A stretch of DNA of 64,000 nucleotides from Antedon mediterranea (taxonomy: Eukaryota > Animalia > Echinodermata): the NCBI RefSeq assembly GCF_964355755.1, contig NC_092679.1, positions 8,648,201 through 8,712,200 on the forward strand, read 5' to 3'. The notes beneath the pieces are model-generated. The model saw only the letters and a program-made list of their open reading frames with translations, was not told where the DNA came from and did not search any database. The position numbers were made by a program, and so were the translations under genes. This document shows positions 50,901-64,000 of this stretch, piece after piece (positions within the stretch are counted from its first letter, which is position 1; each line of letters begins with the position of its first letter).

Positions 50901-53900
50901 TTAACAAGTTTTTTCGAAATCACAAAATGGTCTAAAACGTCTACAATAGCGATTTGAAGCTAATCTTAGCACATTGGTGTTTTTATGTTAACAAGTTTTT
51001 TCGAAAATCAAAAAATGGTCTAAAACGACTCCAAATGCGATTTGAAGCTATTCTGTATACTTTGGTGTTTTTATGTTAACAAGTTTTTTCGAAAATCACA
51101 AAATGGTCTAAAACGTCTCCAAATGCGATTTGAAGCTATTCTGTACACTTTGATGTTTTTATGTTAACTAGTTTTTTCGAAAATCACAAAATGGTCTAAA
51201 ACGTCTACAAATGCGATTTGAAGCTATTCTGTACACTTTGATGTTTTTATGTTAACAAGTTTTTTCGAAAATCACAAAATGGTCTAAAACGTTTCCAAAT
51301 GCGATTTGAAGCTATTCTGTACACTTTGATGTTTTGTGTGAAAATTTTATGTCGAAATGCTCAAAATGGTCAAAAACGTTTTTAAATACGATATTAAGCT
51401 ACTTTGTGCTCTTTGATGTTTTTGTGTGAAATGTTTTATCGAAATGCTCAAAATGGTCTAAAACGGTTTCTAATGTGATTTCAAGCACTTTGATGTTTTT
51501 GTATAACCAAGTTTTTTCGAAAATCACAAAATGGTCTAAAACGTCTCCAAATGCGATTTGAAGCTATTCTGTACACTTTGATGTTTTTATGTTAACAAGT
51601 TTTTTCGAAAATCACAAAATGGTCTAAAACGTCTCCAAATGCGATTTGAAGCTATTCTGTACACTTTGATGTTTTTATGTTAACAAGTTTTTTCGAAAAT
51701 CACAAAATGGTCTAAAACGTTTCCAAATGCGATTTGAAGCTATTCTGTACACTTTGATGTTTTGTGTGAAAATTTTCTGTCGAAATGCTTAAAATGGTCA
51801 AAAACGTTTTTAAATACGATATTAAGCTACTTTGTGCTCTTTGATGTTTTTGTGTGAAATGTTTTATCGAAATGCTCAAAATGGTCTATAACGGTTTCTA
51901 ATGTGATTTCAAGCACTTTGATGTTTTTGTGTAACCAAGTTTTTCGAAAATCACAAAATTGTCTAAAACGTCTCCAAATGCGATTTGAAGCTATTCTGTA
52001 CACTTTGATGTTTTTATGTTAACAAGTTTTTCGAAAATCACAAAATGGTCTAAAACGTCTCCAAATGCGATTTTAAGCTATTCTAAGCACTTTGGTGTTT
52101 TTATGTTAAAAAGTTTTTTTGAAAATCACAAAATGTTCTAAAACGTCTCTAAATGCGATTTGAAGCTTTCCTGTACACTTTGATGTTTTTATGTTAACAA
52201 CTTTTTTCGAAAATCACAAAATGGTCTAAAATGTCTCCAAATGCGATTTGAAGCTATTCTAAGCACTTTGGTGTTTTTATGGAAACAATTTTTTTCGAAA
52301 ATCACAAAATGGTCTAAAACGTCTACAATAGCGATTTGAAGCTTTTCTGTACACTTTGGTGTATTTATGTTAACAAGTTTTTTCGAAAATCACAAAATGG
52401 TCTAAAACGTCTCCAAATGCGATTTGAAGCTTTTTTAAGCACTTTGGTGTTTTTATCTTAACAAGTTTTTTCGAAAATCACAAAATGGTCTAAAACGTCT
52501 CCAAATGCGATTTGAAGCTATTCTAAGCACTTTGGTGTTTTTATGTTAACAAGTTTTTTCAAAAATCACAAAACGGTCTAAAACGTCTCCAAATGCGATT
52601 TGAAGCTATTCTGTACACTTTGATGTTTTTATGTTAACAAGTTTTTTCAAAAATCACAAAATGGTCTAAAACGTTTCCAAATGCGATTTGAAGCTATTCA
52701 AATAGCATTTGATGTTTTGTGTGAAAATTTTCTGTCGAAATGCTCAAAATGGTCAAAAACGTTTTTAAATACGATATTAAGCTACTTTGTGCTCTTTGAT
52801 GTTTTTGTGTGAAAAGTTTTATCGAAATGCTCAAAATGGTCTAAAACGGTTGCTAATGTGATTTCAAGCACTTTGATGTTTTTGTGTAACCAAGTTTTTC
52901 GAAAATCACAAAATTGTCTAAAACGTCTCCAAATGCGATTTGAAGCTATTCTGTACACTTTGATGTTTTTATGTTAACAAGTTTTTTCGAAAATCACAAA
53001 AGAGTCTAAAATATCTCGAAATGCGATTTGAAGCTATTCTAAGCACTTTGGTGTTTTTATGTTAACAAGTTTTTTCGAAATCACAAAATGGTCTAAAATG
53101 TCTCCAAATGCGATTTGAAGCTAATCTTAGCACATTGGTGTTTTTATGTTAACAAGTTTTTTCGAAAATCACAAAATGGTCTAAAACGACTCCAAATGCG
53201 ATTTGAAGCTATTCTGTATACTTTGGTGTTTTTATGTTAACAAGTTTTTTCGAAAATCACAAAATGGTCTAAAACGTCTCCAAATGCGATTTGAAGCTAT
53301 TCTAAGCACTTTGGTGTTTTTATGTTAACAAGTTTTTTCGAAAATCACAAAATGGTCTAAAACGTCTCCAAATGCGATTTGAAGCTATTCTGTACACTTT
53401 GATGTTTTTATGTTAACAAGTTTTTTCGAAAATCACAAAATGGTCTAAAACGTTTCCAAATGCGATTTGAAGCTATTCTGTACACTTTGATGTTTTGTGT
53501 GAAAATTTTCTGTCGAAATGCTCAAAATGGTCAAAAACGTTTTTAAATACGATATTAAGCTACTTTGTGCTCTTTGATGTTTTTGTGTGAAATGTTTTAT
53601 CGAAATGCTCAAAATGGTCTAAAACTGTTTCTAATGTGATTTCAAGCACTTTGATGTTTTTGTATAACCAAGTTTTTTCGAAAATCACAAAATGGTCTAA
53701 AACGTCTCCAAATGCGATTTGAAGCTATTCTGTACACTTTGATGTTTTTATGTTAACAAGTTTTTTCGAAAATCACAAAATGGTCTAAAACGTCTACAAA
53801 TGCGATTTGAAGCTATTCTGTACACTTTGATGTTTTTATGTTAACAAGTTTTTTCGAAAATCACAAAATGGTCTAAAACGTTTCCAAATGCGATTTGAAG

Positions 53901-56900
53901 CTATTCTGTACACTTTGATGTTTTGTGTGAAAATTTTCTGTCGAAATGATCAAAATGGTCAAAAACGTTTTTAAATACGATATTAAGCTACTTTGTGCTC
54001 TTTGATGTTTTTGTTTGAAATGTTTTATCGAAATGCTCAAAATGGTCTAAAACGGTTTCTAATGTGATTTCAAGCACTTTGATGTTTTTGTGTAACCAAG
54101 TTTTTCGAAAATCACAAAATTGTCTAAAACGTCTCCAAATGCGATTTGAAGCTATTCTGTACACTTTGATGTTTTTATGTTAACAAGTTTTTCGAAAATC
54201 ACAAAATGGTCTAAAACGTCTCCAAATGCGATTTTAAGCTATTCTAAGCACTTTGGTGTTTTTATGTTAACAAGTTTTTTTGAAAATCACAAAATGGTCT
54301 AAAACGTCTCTAAATGCGATTTGAAGCTTTTCTGTACACTTTGATGTTTTTAAGTTAACAACTTTTTTCGAAAATCACAAAATGGTCTAAAATGTCTCCA
54401 AAATGCGATTTGAAGCTATTCTAAGCACTTTGGTGTTTTTATGGAAATAATTTTTTTCGAAAATCACAAAATGGTCTAAAACGTCTCCAATAGCGATTTG
54501 AAGCTTTTCTGTACACTTTGGTGTTTTTATGTTAACAAGTTTTTTCGAAAATCACAAAATGGTCTAAAACGTCTCCAAATGCGATTTGAAGCTATTCTGT
54601 AAACTTTGATGTTTTTATGTTAACAAGTTTTTTCGAAAATCACAAAATGGTCTAAAACGTCTAGAAATGCGATTTGAAGCTATTCTGTACACTTTGATGT
54701 TTTTATGTTAAGTTTTTTCGAAAATCACAAAATGGTCTAAAACGTTTCCAAATGCGATTTTAAGCTATTCTGTACACTTTGATGTTTTGTATGAAAATTT
54801 TCTGTCGAAATGCTCAAAATGGTCAAAAACGTTTTTAAATACGATATTAAGCTACTTTGTGCTCTTTGATGATTTTGTCTGAAATGTTTTATCGAAATGC
54901 TCAAAATGGTCTAAAACGGTTTCTAATGTGATTTCAAGCACTTTGATGTTTTTGTGTAACCAAGTTTTTCGAAAAACACAAAATTGTCTAAAACGTCTCC
55001 AAATGCGATTTGAAGCTATTCTGTACACTTTGATGTTTTTATGTTAACAAGTTTTTCGAAAATCACAAAATGGTCTAAAACGTCTCCAAATGCGATTTTA
55101 AGCTATTCTAAGCACTTTGGTGTTTTTATGTTAACAAGTTTTTTCGAAAATCACAAAATGGTCTAAAACGTCTCCAAATGCGATTTGAAGCTATTCTAAG
55201 CACTTTGGTGTTTTTATGTTAACAAGTTTTTTCGAAAATCACAAAATGGTCTAAAACGTCTCCAAATGCGATTTGAAGCTATTCTGTACACTTTGATGTT
55301 TTTATGTTAACAAGTTTTTTCGAAAATCACAAAATGGTCTAAAACGTTTCCAAATGCGATTTGAAGCTATTCTGTACACTTTGATGTTTTGTGTGAAAAT
55401 TTTCTGTCGAAATGCTCAAAATGGTCAAAAACGTTTTTAAATACGATATTAAGCTACTTTGTGCTCTTTGATGTTTTTGTATGAAATGTTTTATCGAAAT
55501 GCTCAAAATGGTCTAAAACGGTTTCTAATGTGATTTCAAGCACTTTGATGTTTTTGTGTAACCAAGTTTTTCGAAAATCACAAAATTGTCTAAAACGTCT
55601 CCAAATGCGATTTGAAGCTATTCTGTACACTTTGATGTTTTTATGTTAACAAGTTTTTCGAAAATCACAAAATGGTCTAAAACGTCTCCAAATGCGATTT
55701 TAAGCTATTCTAAGCACTTTGGTGTTTTTATGGAAAAAATTTTTTTCGAAAATCACAAAATGGTCTAAAACGTCTCCAATAGCGATTTGAAGCTTTTCTG
55801 TACACTTTGGTGTTTTTATGTTAACAAGTTTTTTCGAAAATCACAAAATGGTCTAAAACGTCTCCAAATGCGATTTTAAGCTATTTTAAGCACTTTGGTG
55901 TTTTTATCTTAACAAGTTTTTTCGAAAATCACAAAATGGTCTAAAACGTCTCCAAATGCGATTTGAAGCTATTCTAAGCACTTTGGTGTTTTTATGTTAA
56001 CAAGTTTTTTCAAAAATCACAAAACGGTCTAAAACGTCTCCAAATGCGATTTGAAGCTATTCTGTACACTTTGATGTTTTTATGTTAAAAAGTTTTTTCA
56101 AAAATCACAAAATGGTCTAAAACGTTTCCAAATGCGATTTGAAGCTATTCTGTACACTTTGATGTTTTTATGTTAACAAGTTTTTTCGAAAATCACAAAA
56201 GATTCTAAAATATCTCGAAATGCGATTTGAAGCTATTCTAAGCACTTTGGTGTTTTTATGTTAACAAGTTTTTTCGAAAGTCACAAAATGGTCTAAAATG
56301 TCTCCAAATGCGATTTGAAGCTAATCTTAGCACATTGGTGTTTTTATGTTAACAAGTTTTTTCGAAAATCACAAAATGGTCTAAAACGTCTCCAAATGCG
56401 ATTTGAAGCTATTTTAAGCACTTTGGTGTTTTTGTGTTAACAAGTTTTTCGAAATGCTCAAAATGGTCTAAAACGTTTTTAAACACGATATTAAGCTATT
56501 TTGTGCTCTTTGATGTTTTTTTGTGAAAAGTTTTAGCGAAATGCTCAAAATGGTCTTAAACGATTTCTAATGTGATTTTAAGCACTTTGATGTTTTTATG
56601 TTAACTAGTTTTTTCGAAAATCACAAAATGGTCTAAAACGTCTCCAAATGCGATTTGAAGCTATTTTAAGCCCTTTGGTGTTTTTATGGAAACAATTTTT
56701 TTCGAAAATCACAAAATGGTCTAAAACGTCTCCAATAGCGATTTGAAGCTTTTCTGTACACTTTGGTGTTTTTATGTTAACAAGTTTTTTCGAAAATCAC
56801 AAAATGGTCTAAAACGTCTCCAAATGCGATTTGAAGCTATTTTAAGCACTTTGGTATTTTTATGTTAACAAGTTTTTTCGAAAATCACAAAATGGTCTAA

Positions 56901-59900
56901 AACGTCTCCAAATGCGATTTGAAGCTATTCTAAGCACTTTGGTGTTTTTATGTTAACAAGTTTTTTCGAAAATCACAAAACGGTCTAAAACGTCTCCAAA
57001 TGCGATTTGAAGCTATTCTGTACACTTTGATGTTTTTATGTTAACAAGTTTTTTAAAAAATCACAAAATGGTCTAAACCGTTTCCAAATGCGATTTGAAG
57101 CTATTCTGTACACTTTGATGTTTTGTGTGAAAATTTTCTGTCGAAATGCTCAAAATGGTCAAAAACGTTTTTAAATACGATATTAAGCTACTTTGTGCTC
57201 TTTGATGTTTTTGTGTGAAAAGTTTTATCGAAATGCTCAAAATGGTCTAAAACGGTTTCTAATGTGATTTCAAGCACTTTGATGTTTTTGTGTAACCAAG
57301 TTTTTCGAAAATCACAAAATTGTCTAAAACGTCTCCAAATGCGATTTGAAGCTATTCTGTACACTTTGATGTTTTTATGTTAACAAGTTTTTTCGAAAAT
57401 CACAAAAGAGTCTAAAATATCTCGAAATTCGATTTGAAGCTATTCTAAGCACTTTGGTGTTTTTATGTTAACAAGTTTTTTCGAAATCACAAAATGGTCT
57501 AAAATGTCTCCAAATGCGATTTGAAGCTAATCTTAGCACATTGGTGTTTTTATGTTAACAAGTTTTTTCGAAAATCACAAAATGGTCTAAAACGACTCCA
57601 AATGCGATTTGAAGCTATTCTGTATACTTTGGTGTTTTTATGTTAACAAGTTTTTTCGAAAATCACAAAATGGTCTAAAACGTCTCCAAATGCGATTTGA
57701 AGCTAATCTGTACACTTTGGTGTTTTTATGTTAACAAGTTTTTTCGAAAATCACAAAATGGTCTAAAACGTCTCCAAATGCGATTTGAAGCTATTCTGTA
57801 CACTTTGCTGTTTTGTGTGAAAAATGTTTGTCGAAATCCTCAAAATGGTCAAAAACGTTTTTAAATACGATATTAAGCTATTCTTAGCACATTGGTGTTT
57901 TTATTTAAACAAATTTTTTCGAAACTCACAAAATGGTCTAAAACGTCTCCAAATGCGATTTGAAGCTATTTTAAGCACTTTGGTGTTTTTGTGTTAACAA
58001 GTTTTTCGAAATGCTCAAAATGGTCTAAAACGTCTCCAAATGCGATTTGAAGCTATTCTAAGCACTTTGGTGTTTTTATGTTAACAAGTTTTTTCGAAAA
58101 TCACAAAATGGTCTAAAACGTCTCAAAATGCGATTTGAAGCTATTCTGTACACTTTGATGTTTTTATGTTAACAAGTTTTTTCGAAAATCACAAAATGGT
58201 CTAAAACGTCTACAAATGCGATTTGAAGCTATTCTAAGCACTTTGGTGTTTTTATGTTAACAAGTTTTTTCGAAAATCACAAAATGGTCTAAAACGTCTG
58301 CAAATGCGATTTGAAGCTATTCTTAGCACATTGGTGTTTTTATTTAAACAAATTTTTTCGAAACTCACAAAATGGTCTAAAACGTCTCCAAATGCGATTG
58401 CAAGCTATTTTAAGCACTTTGGTATTTTTGTGTTAACAAGTTTTTCGAAATGCTCAAAATGGTCTAAAACGTTTTTAAACACGATATTAAGCTATTTTGT
58501 GCTCTTTGATTTTTTTTTGTGAAAAGTTTTAGCGAAATGCTCAAAATGGTCTAAAACGATTTCTAATGTGATTTTAAGGACTTTGATGTTTTTATGTTAA
58601 CTAGTTTTTTCGAAATTCACAAAATGGTCTAAAACGTCTCCAAATGCGATTTGAAGCTATTTTAAGCACTTAGGTGCTTTTGTGTAACCAAGTTTTTTCG
58701 AAAATCACAAAAAGGTCTAAAATGTCTCCAAATGTGATTTGAAGCTATTTTAAGCACTTTGGTGTTTTTGTGTTAACAAGTTTTTCGAAAATCAAAAAAT
58801 TGTCTAAAACGTCTCCAAATGCGATTTGAAGCTATTCTGTACACTTTGATGTTTTTATGTTAACAAGTATTTTAGAAAATCACAAAATGGTCTATAATGT
58901 CTCTAAATGCGATTTGAAGCTATTCTAAGCACTTTGGTGTTTTTATGTTAACAAGTTTTTTCGAAAATCACAAAATGGTCTAAAACGTCTCCAAATGCGA
59001 TTTGAAGCTATTTTAAGCACTTTGGTGTTTTTGTGTTAACAAGTTTTTCGAAATGCTCAAAATGGTCTAAAACGTCTCCAAATGCGATTTGAAGCTATTC
59101 TAAGCACTTTGGTGTTTTTATGTTAACAAGTTTTTTCGAAAATCACAAAATGGTCTAAAACGTCTCCAAATGCGATTTGAAGCTATTCTGTACACTTTGA
59201 TGTTTTTATGTTAACAAGTTTTTTCGAAAATCACAAAATGGTCTAAAACGTTTCCAAATGCGATTTGAAGCTATTCTGTACACTTTGATGTTTTGTGTGA
59301 AAATTTTCTGTCGAAATGCTCAAAATGGTCAAAAACGTCTTTAAATACGATATTAAGCTACTTTGTGCTCTTTGATGTTTTTGTGTGAAATGTTTTATCG
59401 AAATGCTCAAAATGGTCTAAAACGGTTTCTAATGTGATTTCAAGCACTTTGATTTTTTTGTGTAACCAAGTTTTTCGAAAATCACAAAATTGTCTAAAAC
59501 GTCTCCAAATGCGATTTGAAGCTATTCTGTACACTTTGATGTTTTTATGTTAACAAGTTTTTCGAAAATCACAAAATGGTCTAAAACGTCTCCAAATGCG
59601 ATTTTAAGCTATTCTAAGCACTTTGGTGTTTTTATGTTAACAAGTTTTTTTGAAAATCACAAAATGTTCTAAAACGTCTCTAAATGCGATTTGAAGCTTT
59701 TCTGTACACTTTGATGTTTTTATGTTAACAACTTTTTTCGAAAATCACAAAATGGTCTAAAATGTCTCCAAATGCGATTTGAAGCTATTCTAAGCACTTT
59801 GGTGTTTTTATGGAAACAATTTTTTTCGAAAATCACAAAATGGTCTAAAAGGTCTACAATAGCGATTTGAAGCTTTTCTGTACACTTTGGTGTTTTTATG

Positions 59901-62900
59901 TTAACAAGTTTTTTCGAAAATCACAAAATGGTCTAAAACGTCTCCAAATGCGATTTGAAGCTATTTTAAGCACTTTGGTGTTTTTATCTTAACAAGTTTT
60001 TTCGAAAATCACAAAATGGTCTAAAACGTCTCCAAATGCGATTTGAAGCTATTCTAAGCACTTTGGTGTTTTTATGTTAACAAGTTTTTTCAAAAATCAC
60101 AAAACGGTCTAAAACGTCTCCAAATGCGATTTGAAGCTATTCTGTACACTTTGATGTTTTTATGTTAACAAGTTTTTTCAAAAATCACAAAATGGTCTAA
60201 AACGTTTCCAAATGCGATTTGAAGCTATTCAAATAGCATTTGATGTTTTGTGTGAAAATTTTCTGTCGAAATGCTCAAAATGGTCAAAAACGTTTTTAAA
60301 TACGATATTAAGCTACTTTGTGCTCTTTGATGTTTTTGTGTGAAAAGTTTTATCGAAATGCTCAAAATGGTCTAAAACGGTTGCTAATGTGATTTCAAGC
60401 ACTTTGATGTTTTTGTGTAACCAAGTTTTTCGAAAATCACAAAATTGTCTAAAACGTCTCCAAATGCGATTTGAAGCTATTCGGTACACTTTGATGTTTT
60501 TATGTTAACAAGTTTTTTCGAAAATCACAAAAGAGTCTAAAATATCTCGAAATGCGATTTGAAGCTATTCTAAGCACTTTGGTGTTTTTATGTTAACAAG
60601 TTTTTTCGAAATCACAAAATGGTCTAAAATGTCTCCAAATGCGATTTAAAGCTAATCTTAGCACATTGGTGTTTTTATGTTAACAAGTTTTTTCGAAAAT
60701 CACAAAATGGTCTAAAACGACTCCAAATGCGATTTGAAGCTATTCTGTATACTTTGGTGTTTTTATGTTAACAAGTTTTTTCGAAAATCACAAAATGGTC
60801 TAAAACGTCTCCAAATGCGATTTGAAGCTATTCTGTACACTTTGATGTTTTTATGTTAACTAGTTTTTTCGAAAATCACAAAATGGTCTAAAACGTCTAC
60901 AAATGCGATTTGAAGCTATTCTGTACACTTTGATGTTTTTATGTTAACAAGTTTTTTCGAAAATCACAAAATGGTCTAAAACGTTTCCAAATGCGATTTG
61001 AAGCTATTCTGTACACTTTGATGTTTTGTGTGAAAATTTTATGTCGAAATGCTCAAAATGGTCAAAAACGTTTTTAAATACGATATTAAGCTACTTTGTG
61101 CTCTTTGATGTTTTTGTGTGAAATGTTTTATCGAAATGCTCAAAATGGTCTAAAACGGTTTCTAATGTGATTTCAAGCACTTTGATGTTTTTGTATAACC
61201 AAGTTTTTTCGAAAATCACAAAATGGTCTAAAACGTCTCCAAATGCGATTTGAAGCTATTCTGTACACTTTGATGTTTTTATGTTAACAAGTTTTTTCGA
61301 AAATCACAAAATGGTCTAAAACGTCTCCAAATGCGATTTGAAGCTATTCTGTACACTTTGATGTTTTTATGTTAACAAGTTTTTTCGAAAATCACAAAAT
61401 GGTCTAAAACGTTTCCAAATGCGATTTGAAGCTATTCTGTACACTTTGATGTTTTGTGTGAAAATTTTCTGTCGAAATGCTCAAAATGGTCAAAAACGTT
61501 TTTAAATACGATATTAAGCTACTTTGTGCTCTTTGATGTTTTTGTGTGAAATGTTTTATCGAAATGCTCAAAATGGTCTAAAACGGTTTCTAATGTGATT
61601 TCAAGCACTTTGATGTTTTTGTGTAACCAAGTTTTTCGAAAATCACAAAATTGTCTAAAACGTCTCCAAATGCGATTTGAAGCTATTCTGTACACTTTGA
61701 TGTTTTTATGTTAACAAGTTTTTCGAAAATCACAAAATGGTCTAAAACGTCTCCAAATGCGATTTTAAGCTATTCTAAGCACTTTGGTGTTTTTATGTTA
61801 AAAAGTTTTTTTGAAAATCACAAAATGTTCTAAAACGTCTCTAAATGCGATTTGAAGCTTTGCTGTACACTTTGATGTTTTTATGTTAACAACTTTTTTC
61901 GAAAATCACAAAATGGTCTAAAATGTCTCCAAATGCGATTTGAAGCTATTCTAAGCACTTTGGTGTTTTTATGGAAACAATTTTTTTCGAAAATCACAAA
62001 ATGGTCTAAAACGTCTACAATAGCGATTTGAAGCTTTTCTGTACACTTTGGTGTATTTATGTTAACAAGTTTTTTCGAAAATCACAAAATGGTCTAAAAC
62101 GTCTCCAAATGCGATTTGAAGCTTTTTTAAGCACTTTGGTGTTTTTATCTTAACAAGTTTTTTCGAAAATCACAAAATGGTCTAAAACGTCTCCAAATGC
62201 GATTTGAAGCTATTCTAAGCACTTTGGTGTTTTTATGTTAACAAGTTTTTTCAAAAATCACAAAACGGTCTAAAACGTCTCCAAATGCGATTTGAAGCTA
62301 TTCTGTACACTTTGATGTTTTTATGTTAACAAGTTTTTTCAAAAATCACAAAATGGTCTAAAACGTTTCCAAATGCGATTTGAAGCTATTCAAATAGCAT
62401 TTGATGTTTTGTGTGAAAATTTTCTGTCGAAATGCTCAAAATGGTCAAAAACGTTTTTAAATACGATATTAAGCTACTTTGTGCTCTTTGATGTTTTTGT
62501 GTGAAAAGTTTTATCGAAATGCTCAAAATGGTCTAAAACGGTTGCTAATGTGATTTCAAGCACTTTGATGTTTTTGTGTAACCAAGTTTTTCGAAAATCA
62601 CAAAATTGTCTAAAACGTCTCCAAATGCGATTTGAAGCTATTCTGTACACTTTGATGTTTTTATGTTAACAAGTTTTTTCGAAAATCACAAAAGAGTCTA
62701 AAATATCTCGAAATGCGATTTGAAGCTATTCTAAGCACTTTGGTGTTTTTATGTTAACAAGTTTTTTCGAAATCACAAAATGGTCTAAAATGTCTCCAAA
62801 TGCGATTTGAAGCTAATCTTAGCACATTGGTGTTTTTATGTTAACAAGTTTTTTCGAAAATCACAAAATGGTCTAAAACGACTCCAAATGCGATTTGAAG

Positions 62901-64000
62901 CTATTCTGTATACTTTGGTGTTTTTATGTTAACAAGTTTTTTCGAAAATCACAAAATGGTCTAAAACGTCTCCAAATGCGATTTGAAGCTATTCTAAGCA
63001 CTTTGGTGTTTTTATGTTAACAAGTTTTTTCGAAAATCACAAAATGGTCTAAAACGTCTCCAAATGCGATTTGAAGCTATTCTGTACACTTTGATGTTTT
63101 TATGTTAAAAAGTTTTTTCGAAAATCACAAAATGGTCTAAAACGTCTCCAAATGCGATTTTAAGCTATTCTAAGCACTTTGGTGTTTTTATGTTAACAAG
63201 TTTTTTGGAAAATCACAAAATGGTCTAAAACGTCTCTAAATGCGATTTGAAGCTTTTCTGTACACTTTGATGTTTTTAAGTTAACAACTTTTTTCGAAAA
63301 TCACAAAATGGTCTAAAATGTCTCCAAAATGCGATTTGAAGCTATTCTAAGCACTTTGGTGTTTTTATGGAAATAATTTTTTTCGAAAATCACAAAATGG
63401 TCTAAAACGTCTCCAATAGCGATTTGAAGCTTTTCTGTACACTTTGGTGTTTTTATGTTAACAAGTTTTTTCGAAAATCACAAAATGGTCTAAAACGTCT
63501 CCAAATGCGATTTGAAGCTATTCTGTACACTTTGATGTTTTTATGTTAACAAGTTTTTTCGAAAATCACAAAATGGTCTAAAACGTCTAGAAATGCGATT
63601 TGAAGCTATTCTGTACACTTTGATGTTTTTATGTTAAGTTTTTTCGAAAATCACAAAATGGTCTAAAACGTTTCCAAATGCGATTTTAAGCTATTCTGTA
63701 CACTTTGATGTTTTGTATGAAAATTTTCTGTCGAAATGCTCAAAATGGTCAAAAACGTTTTTAAATACGATATTAAGCTACTTTGTGCTCTTTGATGATT
63801 TTGTCTGAAATGTTTTATCGAAATGCTCAAAATGGTCTAAAACGGTTTCTAATGTGATTTCAAGCACTTTGATGTTTTTGTGTAACCAAGTTTTTCGAAA
63901 AACACAAAATTGTCTAAAACGTCTCCAAATGCGATTTGAAGCTATTCTGTACACTTTGATGTTTTTATGTTAACAAGTTTTTCGAAAATCACAAAATGGT
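32924..64000 (+). repeat. Uninterrupted satellite DNA array (segment 5, 31 kb) with nested higher-order duplications
   Basis: Continuous 88-bp family monomers in one orientation to the end of the window; no foreign sequence seen. Confidence 0.98.

Noticed and set aside
1-64000. Regular repeats as a CRISPR array
   Set aside because: Monomers are contiguous with no unique spacers, there are no cas genes, and the context is eukaryotic TEs.

Overview
Eukaryotic (probably animal) heterochromatin, not a prokaryotic locus. About 80% of the window is one head-to-tail AT-rich satellite array with an ~88-bp monomer. It includes a recurring divergent 87+~78-bp monomer pair and nested tandem duplications of ~0.18, 0.73, 0.78, 1.4 and 2.5 kb, plus longer-range duplicated blocks. 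Four transposable elements are inserted, all in the first 33 kb. (1) A Ngaro-type (DIRS order) tyrosine-recombinase element at 3212-8303, with split direct repeats and an extra A-B unit. It carries SGNH hydrolase, gag and YR reading frames but no RT/RNase H. (2) A 902-bp PIF/Harbinger-type MITE at 9599-10500 with a TAA TSD. (3) An apparently full-length Rex-Babar LINE at 25524-28713 (+). (4) An L2-clade LINE at 29699-32923 (-). No host genes, RNA genes or CRISPR arrays were seen. The most unusual signals are in the Ngaro element. One is a three-times-repeated, structurally conserved hairpin motif inside a large predicted fold between the SGNH and gag ORFs. Another is a TAG at an expected Trp position just upstream of the last catalytic residue in both enzymes. 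The third is the loss of the whole RT/RNase H region.
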